Assembly: GCA_051294375.1 (NCBI GenBank)
Contig: CM119265.1
Coordinates: 7,574,629-7,638,628, forward strand
DNA: 64,000 nt
From: Paraspadella gotoi
Taxonomy: Eukaryota > Animalia > Chaetognatha
Direction: 5' to 3'
Shown here: positions 1-14,870 of the stretch, one piece after another
How the letters are laid out: every line of letters begins with the position of its first letter
How positions within the stretch are numbered: the stretch's first letter is position 1
The notes under the pieces: generated by a model
Told to the model about the DNA's origin: nothing
What the model saw: only the letters and a program-made list of their open reading frames with translations
Databases searched by the model: none
Made by a program: the position numbers and the translations under genes

Positions 1-134
1 GACAATTTCTTCTTATCTTCTTAGCAAAAATGTCGGTCACGTTTCGCCGGAACCGACCGGACCAGCCCCTCTAATAGAATCCCAGAACCGCTTTCCAAGT
101 GAAGCGTGTGTTTTATTTTTCCCTCCCACCCGTT

Positions 135-1172
135 ATACGAGAATTTAGGCGACGGCAGGGAAGGGCAAGCAGGGCTTAACCTGGGGACTGCCCTTTTTAA
201 AAAAAAATATAACATGTGGTGTACGCGGATAGCAGGGCGGACGAGGGAAGGGAGCCAAGGGCGTTTTAAACCCTTGGAGCGCCCTTTTTTTCAAAATATA
301 ACATATGTCGTACGAGACTAGGCCGGACGGAAGGAAGGAGCAGGGGCTTAACCTTGGAGGCCTTTTCAAAATATAACATTGGTGTACAGAATGGCGGACG
401 AGGAAAGGAGCAGGGCGTTAACCTGGAGGCCCTTTTTTTCAAAATAATAACATGTGTGTACGAGATAGCGGACCGGAGGCAAGTAGAAGGAGCAGGCGGT
501 TAACCTGGAGGCCCTTTTTCAAAATATAACATTGTGCTACGAAGATAAGGCGGACGGAGGAAGCAGGCAGCAGGCAGTTAACCTTTGGAGGCCTCTTTTT
601 TTCAAAACTATAAACATTGTGCTACGAGATAGGCGCGGACGGAAAGGAAGAGAGCCATGGGCGTTAAACACTGGAGGCCTCGCTTTTTTCAACAAATATA
701 ACATCATTGTGTCTGACGGGATAGTGCGGGACGGCAGGATATGCCACCTCAGAAAGCGCGGCAAGTGGGTAAACCTGGAGGCACCTTTTTCTCAAACTAT
801 ACCACCATGTGCTACGAGATAGGCGACGGAAGGACAGGAGCAGGGCGTTAACCTGGAGGCCCTATTTTTCAAAACTATAAGCCATTGTGACGAGAATAGA
901 GCGGACGCGGACGGAAGGAGACAGGCATGCTTAACCTTGGAGCCCTTTTTTCAAAAATATAACATTTGCTGTACGAGATTTATGGAGCGGACGGCAGGAC
1001 AAAGGAGAGCTTTTAACCTGGAGGCCCTTCCCTTTTTCATTCAAAATTAACATTGTATGCTACCGAGATAGGGCGGACGGAGGAAGGAGGCAGGGCCGCG
1101 GTCTAACCTANNNNNNNNNNNNNNNNNNNNNNNNNTTAACCTGGAGGCCCTTTTTCAAAATATAACATTGTG
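135..1172. repeat. Minisatellite, ~75-80 bp unit, about 13 noisy copies
   Basis: Recurring unit approx TTAACCTGGAGGCCCTTTTTCAAAATATAACATTGTGCTACGAGATAGGGCGGACGGAAGGAAGGAGCAGGGCG. Copies differ mainly by short indels. The partial copy after the 25-N gap (1136-1172) is clean. Confidence 0.9.
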
Positions 1173-1363
1173 CGGATGTAATTGATGAGAGGAGATGAGA
1201 TAAAGATTTATCGTTACAAGAGCATCATCCTTATATCGTCGTCGACTTCGTTTCTTCATCACTTTCATCATTAAAGTCATTCCTTTTTTTATTTTTTAAC
1301 TCAAAGAAATTCACATCCTCGAACCGACGAAATTGTTTCGAAAGCTCAACCTGCGTTCAAGCT

Positions 1364-1395
<32 letters not shown>

Positions 1396-1472
1396 TTTCG
1401 ACTTTCTCTTTCCCTCGACGTTGTTTATCCCCGGATCACCGGATATTGCGAAGGCGGTAGTATCGCCGTCAA

Positions 1473-1554
<82 letters not shown>
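1364..1554. repeat. (GTC)n tract plus pure (GCC)24 tract
   Basis: (GTC)n at about 1364-1394; uninterrupted GCC at 1483-1554. Confidence 0.95.
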
Positions 1555-2779
1555 TGCTTCAGCGCCGGCTGAAGGGAACGGAATCGCGTGCAGAGATTAA
1601 ATCGGCAATAACGCGTCGGGCCTCACGTGAGACAATCGTTGGTGACGGAGCTGTGAAATTGTGAATCGAAGAAAAGAAAAGGGAAATCGTAGTTCCTCGG
1701 TTGGGAAGAGGTGATTATCTTCGCAGCGACGGATAAAGAGGGGGGGGCGGTGGAGGGGGGGGTGGAAGAGAGACCCGTGACGCAGATTACCGTCGTTAGG
1801 CAACCGAGTTTGATTTCGTCGAACCAGATAAACCTTTTTTTAAGGGTTATGTTAACCCAATATGTTATAATTTTTAATTTTCATATTTCTGTTGACTATT
1901 GTCGTGGGCTGATTTTTGATTGTTTTCCTCATCAACTGAAAAAAAGAAAGAAAACGAGCAAGTTCGTCGGTTTAATATATGATTAAAATTTAATTGTACG
2001 TTAAAAAAAATTGACCTACGTATCTCACATCGTACCTCCGTTAACCGATGTTCAAATATCTTGTCACTGCTTGAAAATTAACGATATAAGGTTTCATCGG
2101 TTAGGCCCGGTCGTGTGAAAAGGCGAATGGAAAAACATTTTTAGAATCACTTTTTTTTTTCGCAAGGTGACACCCGAACTTTATCTTTGCCTTAATGTCC
2201 AATTTTTAAAATTACAAAGACGCTCATGAACAGACGTGAACATTGCTCAGTTGAACCTGCTTAATTACTCAATACTCATGATTTTTTCCTCTCTCTACCA
2301 TTATCTCAATTGGCATTACAATTGAAATTATTGTCCGTAGCAACGATGTTGATTATTTTTTGGTCTCCTTGCAGATGGAGATAATCGATTGTAAATCTTT
2401 TCTGTCCAAGAAAAATGATTGAATTACTAGACTCTCGGACTTTCTTGGCTTCTCAGCTTCTGTCGCATTTTGGTGGAAAAGGTAAATTTACGTGTGAAAT
2501 CAAGATCAATTCTGAAAGTAAAAACTCGGCTTTAACGAGAAACGAGCACAACGAATCGTTTTAAGGAGATTTCGGTTTAACGAGACTTTGCATAAATCAA
2601 AGATTGAGTCGTTTTCGTCGTCGTCTTCGTCGTCGTTTTCGTCGTCTTTGTCGTCGAATGTGGAGAAGATTAAAGAAAATCGATGGAACATTTACAAAGA
2701 TGACGAAAAAGTTTCAGTGAAAGGTTAGGTACGAGTTGTGTTCTAGAATTCTGACAGGAATGGGCGAGAGAGAGAGAAG

Positions 2780-2816
<37 letters not shown>

Positions 2817-2835
2817 AGTGGGTGAGAGAGTGCAG

Positions 2836-2915
<80 letters not shown>

Positions 2916-3183
2916 AGAGTAGAGGACGGAGTGGATCGAAGTTGAATGAACTTTCTTTTTAGGCTTGCGAGATACGAAGAGGTAAACGCGTCTTGGATGT
3001 GGGAAATTCGGTAGGAGGGAAAGTATTAGGCGGTGAAGGCGTTGAGAGGGGATTCTCATTTGATTGAAGGTTTTCGGGCGAGGGATTAAATAGCTACGGA
3101 AGGATTGTGATAAAAGAAGGGAATTCACACTGCAAACAGTGTCCGAACTAAAAATAGTACGGTTTGAATTAGGCTAGAATGGG

Positions 3184-3215
<32 letters not shown>

Positions 3216-3388
3216 GAGAGAAGAGAAGAGAGAGAGAGATGAGAGTAGAGAGAGAGAGACGAGAGAGGAGAGAGAGAGAGAGAATCCTTTGGTGGCTCTT
3301 TTTGCAAAGCGAGAGAAGCGCTGATGGTGAGTTAATGAGTTACAGAAGCTGCAGCAACGTTAATTGGGCGAGGGAAGAGAGAGAGAAG

Positions 3389-3458
<70 letters not shown>

Positions 3459-3477
3459 AAGGGAGACTTGTTATTTT

Positions 3478-3910
3478 CCTCAGGAAGAGAAATAAATCCA
3501 AGATTCGTTGTCTTTGGCCGATACATGCGGAGAAAGGCTTGTTTTCGTTTTCTCTTCCTCTTTCTCTCTCTCAGTCTCTCTTCACATCTCTTGCCTGCTT
3601 TCTCCTCTCGTCATCTAGATTTCCCCTTGGGCGGCCTCCTCCTCTCCTCTCTCGTCTCGCATCGCTCTCTGGCGAGTCCACTCTCTCTCGTCTTCTTCAA
3701 CATTGCCTCTCGATCCCGACNNNNNNNNNNNNNNNNNNNNNNNNNCAGGAAGAGAATAAATCCAAGATTCGTTGTCTTTTGGCCGACAGAGAAAGCTTGT
3801 TTTCGTTTTCTCTCTCTCTCTCTCTCTTGCTTTCTCCCTCTCTCTATTCTCCCTCTCTCTCTCTCTCTCTCTCTCTCGCTCTCTCCCACTCTCTCTCTCT
3901 TCTTCAACAT
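3478..3910 (+). repeat. Local overlap duplication across a 25-N gap
   Basis: CAGGAAGAG(A)AATAAATCCAAGATTCGTTGTC...CTTCTTCAACATT occurs both before and after the gap at 3721-3745, but only once in copy 2 (8335-8500). Confidence 0.85.
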
Positions 3911-4662
3911 TCTTCTCCCCCACACCACGCCCTCTTCACCCTCTGTGTTTGAGACTGCAAGAAAACTCGTTGCTGCCAAATTCAGGCTTTCGCCATGAAT
4001 CAGTCATTTGCATATCCTGTTCGATTGCCATAGACCACCAAGCAGTTCAGGAGACCACCAAAAGGCAGAGGAGACCGACAAGGGGTGTAGGAGACCCGGA
4101 GACCGCCATGCAGTTATGAAAACCGCCAAAGACCGACAAAAGGCAGAAAAGATCCACGAGCGGTGTCCGACAAACACAATCAGAGCAACCGAAAGTAAAA
4201 AGCAATGTAAACTCGGACGACAAACACAGCAGAACAAGTTAGAAACAATGACGAAGGCGAAAGAAAAGATTAACTTAGTAAACCATTTTTAAAGAGTTGC
4301 CAGTTGTCACAAGCAATCGGAACACTGCAATTATTAAACCACGCGTACAGATCGGCCTCTCTCTCGAGTTCTCAATAACGAACTGAACTCTTTGACTCAA
4401 ACCAGCGAAACAACAACAACAACGACAACAACAACTACAACAACAACAACAACAACAACAACCAGAGATCGAATGCGTCGCTTTTCTCGTCTCCCTATTT
4501 TTTTTCCCACCGAAAAAAGTGGGAAAAAAAACGGGGAAAAACTGGGCGCCATTTTGGGTGCGATTTTGGGGTCATTTTGGTCACCAGTTTGCGCGAAAAG
4601 CTCGTCCTTGTCGCCGGACTGCTCGGAATCTCGATCCCGCATTTGGTTGGCGCCCTTCAACC

Positions 4663-4812
<150 letters not shown>

Positions 4813-5474
4813 TTTTCTTTTTTTTATTTCTTTTTTTTTTTTATTTCTTCTTATAATTTTTTAACTTTTTGACATGAATTAATTTAAACTTATATGATTT
4901 TATTTTTACTTGACCAATAATATCTTTAAATATTCATGTAATTTTATAATAAGCGGAAAAAGTAATAGTACTTACAGGCGCATTATTCCGATATCCTTAA
5001 TAATTCTTAATGATAGTCCTTCTTTTTCTCTCAAACTCTCTCTTTCTGTCCTATTCACTCTGATATCTCATTTCCCATATTTGCTCGAATAAAAAATAAA
5101 AAATAAAAGACGAAAAAGAAAAAAAGAAAAGTTCCAGAGGTTCTGTAAGACTTTGAGAAAACAGAGACCCTTTCTCGTCCTTTAAAATGATCAGAANNNN
5201 NNNNNNNNNNNNNNNNNNNNNNNNNNNNNNNNNNNNNNNNNNNNNNNNNNNNNNNNNNNNNNNNNNNNNNNNNNNNNNNNNNNNNNNNNNNNNNNNNNNN
5301 NNNNNNNNNNNNNNNNNNNNNNNNNNNNNNNNNNNNNNNNNNNNNNNNNNNNGGGACGGACGAAGATGGAGGGCGGAAAGGGGCCGACGGGGTTGAGCTT
5401 TTCCGAAATAAGGTGCCCTTCTAATCTGGCACGGGACTTCGGGTTTACAAGATTTTTTATGGTGATCAAAAAAA

Positions 5475-5506
<32 letters not shown>

Positions 5507-5975
5507 AGTATTAGAAAAGTGAAATTGAGAAAGAAAGAAAGAAAAAGAAGATAGTAGAAGAGAGAGTTAGGAAGAGAGAGAGAGAGAGAGAGAGAGAAAA
5601 AAAGAGATAGATAGATAGAGAGCGAGCGAGATATGACCGCGAAAGGGAAATCGCTTTCCCGACGTCGACGGATAAGGATGGATAGAGAAAAAGACCCCGG
5701 CTCTGGGTCGGTCATTGCTCTCTCTCTCTCTCTCTCTCTCTCNNNNNNNNNNNNNNNNNNNNNNNNNNNNNNNNNNNNNNNNNNNNNNNNNNNNNNNNNN
5801 NNNNNNNNNNNNNNNNNNNNNNNNNNNNNNNNNNNNNNNNNNNNNNNNNNNNNNNNNNNNNNNNNNNNNNNNNNNNNNNNNNNNNNNNNNNNNNNNNNNN
5901 NNNNNNNNNNNNNNNNNNNNNNNNNNNNNNNNNNNNNNNNNNNNNNNNNNNNNNNNNNNNNNNNNNNNNNNNNNN

Positions 5976-6008
<33 letters not shown>

Positions 6009-6302
6009 TCGCAGAGACTATATTTTAGTCAGTGACTCACCCTTCTGTCACTGTTTGTATGTAAAATCTATTTTGTATTTCGTACATCCACAGACAACAT
6101 CTGGTCAAAAGTTGATTTATTATATCTAAGGAATTGTTATCAAACTCTCCCATTCCCTATCAACTTACCAAACTTGGCTCATTTAACTTACCACCACCTA
6201 CCAATATTACTCCTCTTGCATAACGTTCACCATCTTTAATTCATGCTTTAATTCTCTCTCCCTCTCTCTCTCTTTCTTTTTTTTTCATCCTTATCCATAT
6301 CC

Positions 6303-6337
<35 letters not shown>

Positions 6338-7627
6338 NNNNNNNNNNNNNNNNNNNNNNNNNNNNNNNNNNNNNNNNNNNNNNNNNNNNNNNNNNNNNNN
6401 NNNNNNNNNNNNNNNNNNNNNNNNNNNNNNNNNTCTCTCTCGCGAAATCCGATGACCAACTGGCACAAGATCGCTTTTTCTTCCTCCGGAAGGGAGTGGC
6501 CGATTCCGAGGTCGATGGAGGCGAAGACCGAAGGAGAAGAATTGTCGAAAGAAAGGGAGGATTGGGTTTTGGTGGTCAGTGGGTGGTCATGGGTGGTTTG
6601 TTGAATCGGTTGTGGCCAGCGACGCAATCCAATTTCCATGGGATGGAACATCGATTTAGAAATACAATCGTCCGGAATGAAGCGATTACCATATTTTGAT
6701 TACGCGAAAAAGAATGTCTTTGTTTACATTGACACAAACGCAGACGGGAAAACGCGATAACTAGGAAAAAGAAAACTGTTTTTAAAGAGTTGTAACACTT
6801 GTTGGTCAATTACAAGAATTAGGTTTTTATTTAAAACGTCAACTAAAAAGAAATATATAAAGATAAGTGTAAAATATTATGCCTCGCCATTTTGTATTTT
6901 TCTTCTCTCAGCCAAACTTTTTTTTGACCGTACATAAACTGTCCTCACGCGTTCGGCCAANNNNNNNNNNNNNNNNNNNNNNNNNNNNNNNNNNNNNNNN
7001 NNNNNNNNNNNNNNNNNNNNNNNNNNNNNNNNNNNNNNNNNNNNNNNNNNNNNNNNNNNNNNNNNNNNNNNNNNTTGTCGTTCCCTATGTCGTAATTTGG
7101 CGAGACTTAAGATATTCAGTTCGTTTTTTGACAATCTCTCAGTAGCATTGTCCGTCCTCAACTAAAGTTTTACAGGATTTTTTTTGATATTTGATGTAAA
7201 ATAAAGTTTTCAAACCTTAATGGCTACAATCTATTCATAATTTTACTCGATATTCAGCGAAATATATTCATAAAAACCTACGTCAGACTTTCACGGGACT
7301 GACGACGCTGGAACGCTTGTTATCGCGAGCATGAAATAACAAGTTATTTCACAATAAGGCATTAATGAAGAGTGTTGAAAGAAGGAAGCTCCTGGGTTGA
7401 GGAGTGAATAAGACTGAGGAGAGAGGAGGAGGAAGAGGAGGAGGAATAGGAGGAGGAAGAGGATGAGGAAGAGGAAGAGGAGAACATTTTTGTTTCCGCT
7501 ACCATAAATTAGAAACGAAAACTCGCTACCGTTTCGTCCAGACAGAAAACATTGGCTACGCAAAATAGATGAATAAAAAAATAGAAAATAAACAAACAAA
7601 AGAAGATGGCTTATTTTTTTTTTGTAC

Positions 7628-7680
7628 CAGTAAAGGTTAGGTACGAGTTGTGTTCTAGAATTCTGACAGGAATGGGCGAA

Positions 7681-7749
<69 letters not shown>

Positions 7750-8088
7750 AGAGAGAGAGAGAGAGAGAGAGGGGAGAAGAGAGAAGAGAGAAAAGAGGAG
7801 GAGAGAGAGAGAGAGAGAGACGAGACCGAGACGTCTCGAGTTGATGAACTTTTAAGGCTCGAGATACGAGAGGGTAAAGCGTCTGGTGGGAAATTCGGAG
7901 GAGGGAAAGTTAGAGCGGTGAAGGAGGTGAGAGGGGATTCTCATTTGAGAGGTTTTTAGGGGCGAGGATTATAAATAGCTACGGAGGATTGTGATAAAGG
8001 AAAGGATTCACACTGCAACAGTGTCCGACTAAAATAGTACGGTTTGATTAGGCTAGAATGGGGAGAGAGAGAGAGAGAGAGAGAGAGA

Positions 8089-8130
<42 letters not shown>

Positions 8131-8233
8131 GAGAGAAGAGAGATCCTTTGGTGGCTCTTTTTGCAGCGAGGAGAAGCGCTGATGGTGAGTTAATGAGTTA
8201 CAGAAGCCTGCAGCAACTTATTGGGGCGAGGGA

Positions 8234-8321
<88 letters not shown>

Positions 8322-9278
8322 CTGTTATTTTCCTCAGGAAGAGAATAAATCCAAGATTCGTGTCTTTGGCCGACAGAGAAAGCTTGTTTTTCGTTTTCTC
8401 TCTCTCATCTCTCTCTTGCTTTCTCCTCTCTCTATTCTCCCTCTCTCTCTCTCTCTCTCTCTCTCGCTCTCTCCCACTCTCTCTCTCTTCTTCAACATTC
8501 TTCTCCCCACACCACGCCCTCTTCACCCTCTGTGTTTGAGACTGCAAGAAAACTCGTTGCTGCCAAATTCAGGCTTCGCCATGAATCATCATTTGCATAT
8601 CCTGTTCGATTGCCATAGACCACCAAGCAGTTCAGGAGACCACCAAAGGCAGAGGAGACCGACAAAGGGGTGTAGGAGACCCGGAAGACCGCCATGCAGT
8701 TATGAAAAACGCCAAAGACCGACAAAAGCAGAAAAGATCCACGAGCGGTGTCGACAAACACAATCAGAGCAACGAAAGTAAAAAGCAATGATAAACTCGG
8801 AACGACAAACACAGCAGAACAAGTTAGAAACAATGACGAAGGCGAAAGAAAAGATTAAACTTAGTAAACATTTTTAAAGAGTTGCCAGTTGTCACAAGCA
8901 ATCGGAACACTGAATTATTAAACCACGCGTACAGATCGGCCCTCTCTCTCGAGTTCTCATAACGAACTAACTCTTTGACTCAAACCAGCGAAACAACAAC
9001 AACAACGACAACAACAACTACAACAACAACAACAACCAACAACAACAACCAGAGATCGAATGCGTCGCTTCTCGTCTCCTATTTTTTTTTTCCACCGAAA
9101 AAAGTGGGAAAAAAAACGGGGAAAAACTGGGCGCATTTGGGTGCGATTTTGGGTCATTTTGGTTGCACGCAGTTTGCGCGAAAAGCTCGTCTTGTCGCCG
9201 GACTGCTCGGAATCTCGATCCCCGCAATTTGTTGGCGTCCTTCAACCCTCTCTCTCTCTCTCTCTCTTTCTTCTTTCT

Positions 9279-9311
<33 letters not shown>

Positions 9312-10290
9312 TTTCTCTTTCTTCTTTCTTCTTCTTTCTTTCTTTCTTTCTTTTTCTTTCATTTCATTTCATTTCATTTCATTTCATTTTTCTTTTTTAT
9401 TTCTTTTTTTTTTTTTATTTCTTCTTATAATTTTTTAACTTTTGGACATGAAAATTAATTTTAAACTTATATGAATTTTATTTTTACTTGACCAAAATAA
9501 TATCTTTAAAATATTCATGTAATTTTATAAATAAGCGGAAAGTAATAAGTACTTACAGGCCGCTATTTTCGGTTCCTAATAATTCTTTGATAGTCTATCT
9601 TTTTTCCTATCTTTTGTCTATTCCTACCTGGTTATTTCATATTTGCTCACACGAATAATTAAAGCGAGGTTTCCCCAGAAAGGTTTCTGTAAGACTTTGG
9701 CGGCTTTCTCGTACTTTTCGGGGGGGAGAGGGGAGAGGGGGGAGGAGAGAGAGAGAAGAGAGGGGGAGGGACAATTGGGACGGGGATGGAGGCGGAAGGA
9801 GGCCGCGGGGTGAGCTTTTTCCGAAATAGTGCTTTTGCCGGGATCGGGTTTTACGTTTTTTATGTGTCAAGAAGAAAGAAGGAGAAAGAAAGAAGTATTA
9901 GTGAAATTGAGAAGAGAAAGAAAAGAGATAGTAGATAGAGAGAGTTGGAAGAAGAGAGAGAGAGAAGAGAGAGAAAAAAAAAGAGATAGATTAGATAGAG
10001 AGCGAGCGAGATATGACCGTGCGAAAGGGAATCGCTTTCCCGACGTCGACTGGATAAAAGGATGGATAGAGAAAAGAACCCGGCTCTGGGTCGTCAATTG
10101 CTCTCATCTCTCTCTCTTCTCTCTCTCTTCTTCTCTCTCTCTCTCACTCTCTCTCTCTCATCTCTCTCTCCTCTCGCGTATCTCTCAGGTCTTTCATCGT
10201 CTCTTCTCATCTCTCTCGACAAAGATAAACTTGCCAAATTCCGTTTTATCCCTCTCGCTTCAGTCTTTTCTAAAATCTCTCTCTCTCTCT

Positions 10291-10329
<39 letters not shown>

Positions 10330-12170
10330 CTTCTCTCTCTCTATTCGCAGAGACTTAAAATTTTAAGTCCAGTGACTCACCCTTCTTGTCACTGTTTGTA
10401 TGTATCTATTTGTTTTCGTACATCCAAGCAGACAACACTGGTCAAAAAGTTGATTTATTATATTAAGGAATTGTTATCAAACTCCATTCCCTATCACTTA
10501 CCAAACTTGGCTCATTAACCTTACCACCCACCTACCAAATATTACTCCTCTTGCATAACGTTCACCATCTTTAATTCATGCTGTTAATTCTCTCTCCCTC
10601 TCTCTCTCTTTCCTTTTTTTTTCATCCTTATCCATATCCTTTCTTTCTTTCTTTTCTTATTTTCTTTCTTTCTTTCTTTCTTTCTTCCTTTTCTTTCTTT
10701 CCTTCTCTTTATTTTTTTCTCTCACTATGCCTATATTTCTTTCTTTCTTTCTTCTTTTTTCTTTCTTTCTTTTCTTTCTTTCTTTCTTTCTTTTTCCTTT
10801 CTTTCTTTCTTTCTTCTCTCTGTCGCTCTCTACTCCTTCCCTCTCTGTCTATCCTACCTCTTTCTCTGTGTGTCTCTCCCATCTTATCTTTCTCTCACAT
10901 ATCTCCTCCTCCCTCTCTCCTTTCCCCTTCTCCTCTCTTCACTCTCTCTCTCTCTCTCCTCTCTCTCTCTTCTCTCTCGCTCTCTCTCTCTCTCAGTCTC
11001 TCTCTCTCTCTCCTCTCTCACCCCCTCGCGAAATCCGATGACCAACTGGCACAGAATCGCTTTTTCTTCCTCCGGAAGGGAGTGGCCGATTCCGAGGTCG
11101 AGGAGGCGAAGAACCGAAGGAGAAGAATTGTCGAAAGGAAGGGAAGGATTGGGTTTTTGGTGGTCAGTGGGTGGTCATGGGTGGTTTGTTGAATCGGTTG
11201 TGGCAGCACGCAATCCCAATTTCCCATGGGAGGAAATCGATTTTAGAAAAATAACAATCGTCCGGATATGAAGGCGGATTACCATATTTTGATTACGCGA
11301 AAAAGAATGTCTTTGTTTACAATTGACAACCAAACGCAGACGGGAAACGCGATAACTAGGAAAAAGAAAACTGTTTTTAAAGAGTTGTAAACACTTGTTG
11401 GTGCCATTAGAATTAGGTTTTTTATTTAAAACGTCCAAGCACTAAAAAACGAAATATATAAACGATAAGTGTAAAATAATTATGGCCTCGCCATTTTGTA
11501 TTTTTCTTCTCTCAGCCAAACTTTTTTTTTGACCGTACATAAACTGTCCTCACGCGTTTCGCCAAACCCTTTTCTCGTTATTTTTGTCGGACTTTTGTCG
11601 TTCCCCGTATGTCGTAATTTGGCGAGACTTAGATATTCAGTTCGTTTTTTGACAATCATCTCAGTAGCAATTGTCCGTCCTGCAACTAAAGTTTTAAGCA
11701 GGACTTTTTTTTTTGATATTTGATGTAAAATAAAGTTTCAAAAACCTTAATGGCTAACATCTATTCATAAATTTTACTCGATATTCAGCGAAATTATTCA
11801 TACAAACCTACGTCAGAAACTTTCACGGGACTGACGACGCTGGAACGCTTGTTATCGGCGAGCATGAAATAACAAGTTATTTCACAATAAGGCATTAATG
11901 AAAGAAGTGTTGAAAAGAAGGAAGCTCCTGGGTTGAGGAGTGATAGACTGAGGAGAGAGGAGGAGGATAAGAAGGAGGAGGATAGGAGGAGGAAAGAGGA
12001 ATGAGGATAGAGAAGAGGAAGAACATTTTTTGTTGCCGCTACCATAAATTAGAAACGAAACTCGCTAATCCGTTTCGTCCAGACAGAAAACATTGGCTAT
12101 GGGCGCCAAAATTAGATGAATAAAAATAGAAAATAAACAAACAAAAGAAGATGGCTTATTTTTTTTTGTA
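7628..12170 (+). repeat. Tandem segmental duplicate, copy 2 (indel-rich; fills the N gaps of copy 1)
   Basis: Colinear with 2715-7627. Differences are mostly homopolymer and 1-bp indels, and it supplies sequence where copy 1 has Ns. Confidence 0.9.
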
Positions 12171-12278
12171 CATGGCGAAAAGTTCTGTTGGAAAGAAAAA
12201 ATAAAATTTCAAAAACATTATTGAGCAAGAAAGGGGGAAAATGTTTGGTGTGTGCGATGTTTGAACTGTGAGAGAGAG

Positions 12279-12348
<70 letters not shown>

Positions 12349-13102
12349 GAGAGAGGANNNNNNNNNNNNNNNNNNNNNNNNNGAGAGAGAGAGAAACGTT
12401 GAATATCCGAGGTTTGTTTTTTCTTCTTTATTCTCGAAATGATAAACGAGTCAGCTTCGAGTTTGGCGAGAATCCCTGTTTGTCTTTTTTTATCTAAATT
12501 AAATTTAGAAAAAATAAAAGACAAATAATAAAATTTAATGGATGAGTGGGTTACCATGGAAACAGGAGGGATGTTTATTTTTAAAAAAAAACGTTGGTGG
12601 CGACTAATTCTTTTTTTTTTAAATTATGCACAAAGAATTTATATTTTTTTTCAATCTGAAGTTATTTATTTTTGTTGACTTAATTTCTTTCTTATTATTA
12701 ATTCAAAATCGTGGTGCTTTAATGGATATTATTATTTTTTATGCATCATCGTTAATTATCATGATTTTTTTTCACAGTCATCAATCATCATTTAATTCCT
12801 GGATTCAAGCCCAAAACCTTTTCCGCTTTTTCTTTCAAACCTAGAAACTTGGTCTCTCATTCTCTATCTTTCTTCTTCTCTCTCTCTCTCNNNNNNNNNN
12901 NNNNNNNNNNNNNNNNNNNNNNNNNNNNNNNNNNNNNNNNNNNNNNNNNNNNNNNNNNNNNNNNNNNNNNNNNNNNNNNNNNNNNNNNNNNNNNNNNNNN
13001 NNNNNNNNNNNNNNNNNNNNNNNNNNNNNNNNNNNNNNNNNNNNNNNNNNNNNNNNNNNNNNNNNNNNNCTTTGCCGCTTTCACTGCATTCCACCCCCGT
13101 CC

Positions 13103-13147
13103 ACCAGCCACCAGCCACCAGCCACCAGCCACCAGCCACCAGCCACA
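13103..13147. repeat. (CCAGCCA)n heptamer repeat
   Basis: About 6 copies, direct reading. Confidence 0.9.
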
Positions 13148-13502
13148 AACTTATTTCATTCTTTTTCAATTTTGCCGCCACCGCCGCCGCTGCAGTCGCC
13201 GCCGCCGCGGCAGCCAGCAATACCGTTACTCCCGCCCCCCCTCGCTGACCTTCTCGCCGCCAAGCTCTACTCCCGCCCTACGCCCGGCGGATTAGCGTGC
13301 CGGAAATAAGCGGCGAATCTCGGCGAAATTTCCGGAATTCCGTCCATTAATCCGGAAATCGAACGATTAGCGCCGTCGACGGCCGTTTTATCGATCGAGG
13401 CGAGGGGGGGGGCGGTGGAGGGAAAGATTATGGTGGAACAGGGTGAATGGAGATAAAGATCGAGATGGGGAGGGAAATGGGGATAAAGATCAATATAATG
13501 TG

Positions 13503-13637
13503 TAGAATGTGTAGAATAGAATAGAATAGAATGGAATAAGATAGAATAGAATCCAATCGAATACAATAGAATAACATAGAATAGAATAGAATAGAATAGA
13601 ATAGAAGAACATAGAATAGATTAGAATAGAATAGAAT
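13503..13637. repeat. (ATAGA)n pentamer microsatellite
   Basis: Direct reading. Confidence 0.95.
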
Positions 13638-14610
13638 GCGATAAAAGTAAAAAAATTGAAAAGATAAAAGGTTTTGTTTAACGGATGAATTCCTTTCCAT
13701 AAAAATAAAAGCGATTGCCAGCGTTGAACATTGCTGTCCTAGTCTTAACAAAAGAATTCATAACAGGAGATCAGGAGAAAGAAAATATGAGTTACGACTG
13801 CACAAAATGCGAGAGCGAGTTACAAGGGTATGGAATCTTTTAGGATATGCCTCGAATTAATTTCGTGATTCGCGCGGTCAAATTGGCAGTCCTAATATTA
13901 TTATTATCTTTTTTTTTTTAAAAATCATTTAAATTTTGAAAGAGTTTGCAAAATGTTATCCTTACCGAGAATATCCCCTAACTAGGGCAGTTGGAAGGGT
14001 TGGCCGTTTTTCAGGTAAGGATACAAAATTAAAGAGGGACGGGAAGGGCAAAGTCTATTCAAAGAGTCGTAGGACGAACGGACGACGACAATAAAGACGA
14101 CGTCGAATATAAAAAGGTTCGCCAAATTAAGAAGGAAATACCTGAGGGAATCGAGACATGAAGGAAAAACGGGAACATTTTTTTTCTATTCTCGTCGTCA
14201 TCATCGTCCTCGTTGTCGTCGTCGTCATCGTCGTCGTCGCTGTCTTCGTCCTCGGCAACACGTCCTTGAAAGACGTTGACATCCATCCAAAGGAAAAACG
14301 AAAAAAAAAAGTTGAGAATCTCGTCTTTGACGTCGTTAGATCGGAGATGAAAAGAGCAACGGTGCAGTGATGACGTCATAGGGTTGGACCCTTGATCTTT
14401 TTCTGTGGGATTATTTCGGGATGGAAGGAAAGAGGGAAGAGAGGAAAAAATGGGAAAAAAAGGAAAAGGGGATTCAGAGAAAAAAAAAGGAAAATGAAAC
14501 GTGCAAAGAAAAAAATTCTCAAAGTTGAGATGACCATGTATTTTTAGAGGAAATCTTAATAGAATCTTGATAGCAATCGGACATAAAATGGGGATGAGGG
14601 AAAGAGAAAA

Positions 14611-14646
<36 letters not shown>

Positions 14647-14834
14647 AAGANNNNNNNNNNNNNNNNNNNNNNNNNNNNNNNNNNNNNNNNNNNNNNNNNN
14701 NNNNNNNNNNNNNNNNNNNNNNNNNNNNNNNNNNNNNNNNNNNNNNNNNNNNNNNNNNNNNNNNNNNNNNNNNNNNNNNNNNNNNNNNNNNNNNNNNNNN
14801 NNNNNNNNNNNNNNNNNNNNNNNNNNNNNNNNNN

Positions 14835-14870
<36 letters not shown>

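Noticed and set aside
135-1172. CRISPR-like repeat-spacer array
   Set aside because: The whole unit is repeated and variation is indel noise, not unique spacers. No cas genes, and the context is eukaryotic.
2375-2481. Coding exon between CTCCTTGCAG and AAG/GTAAAT
   Set aside because: Stops in all three frames. At most a non-coding exon, which cannot be supported from sequence.
7295-7352. Hammerhead candidate CTGACGA...GAAATAACAAGTTATTTC
   Set aside because: Stem II does not close next to GAAA and stem I has only two pairs.
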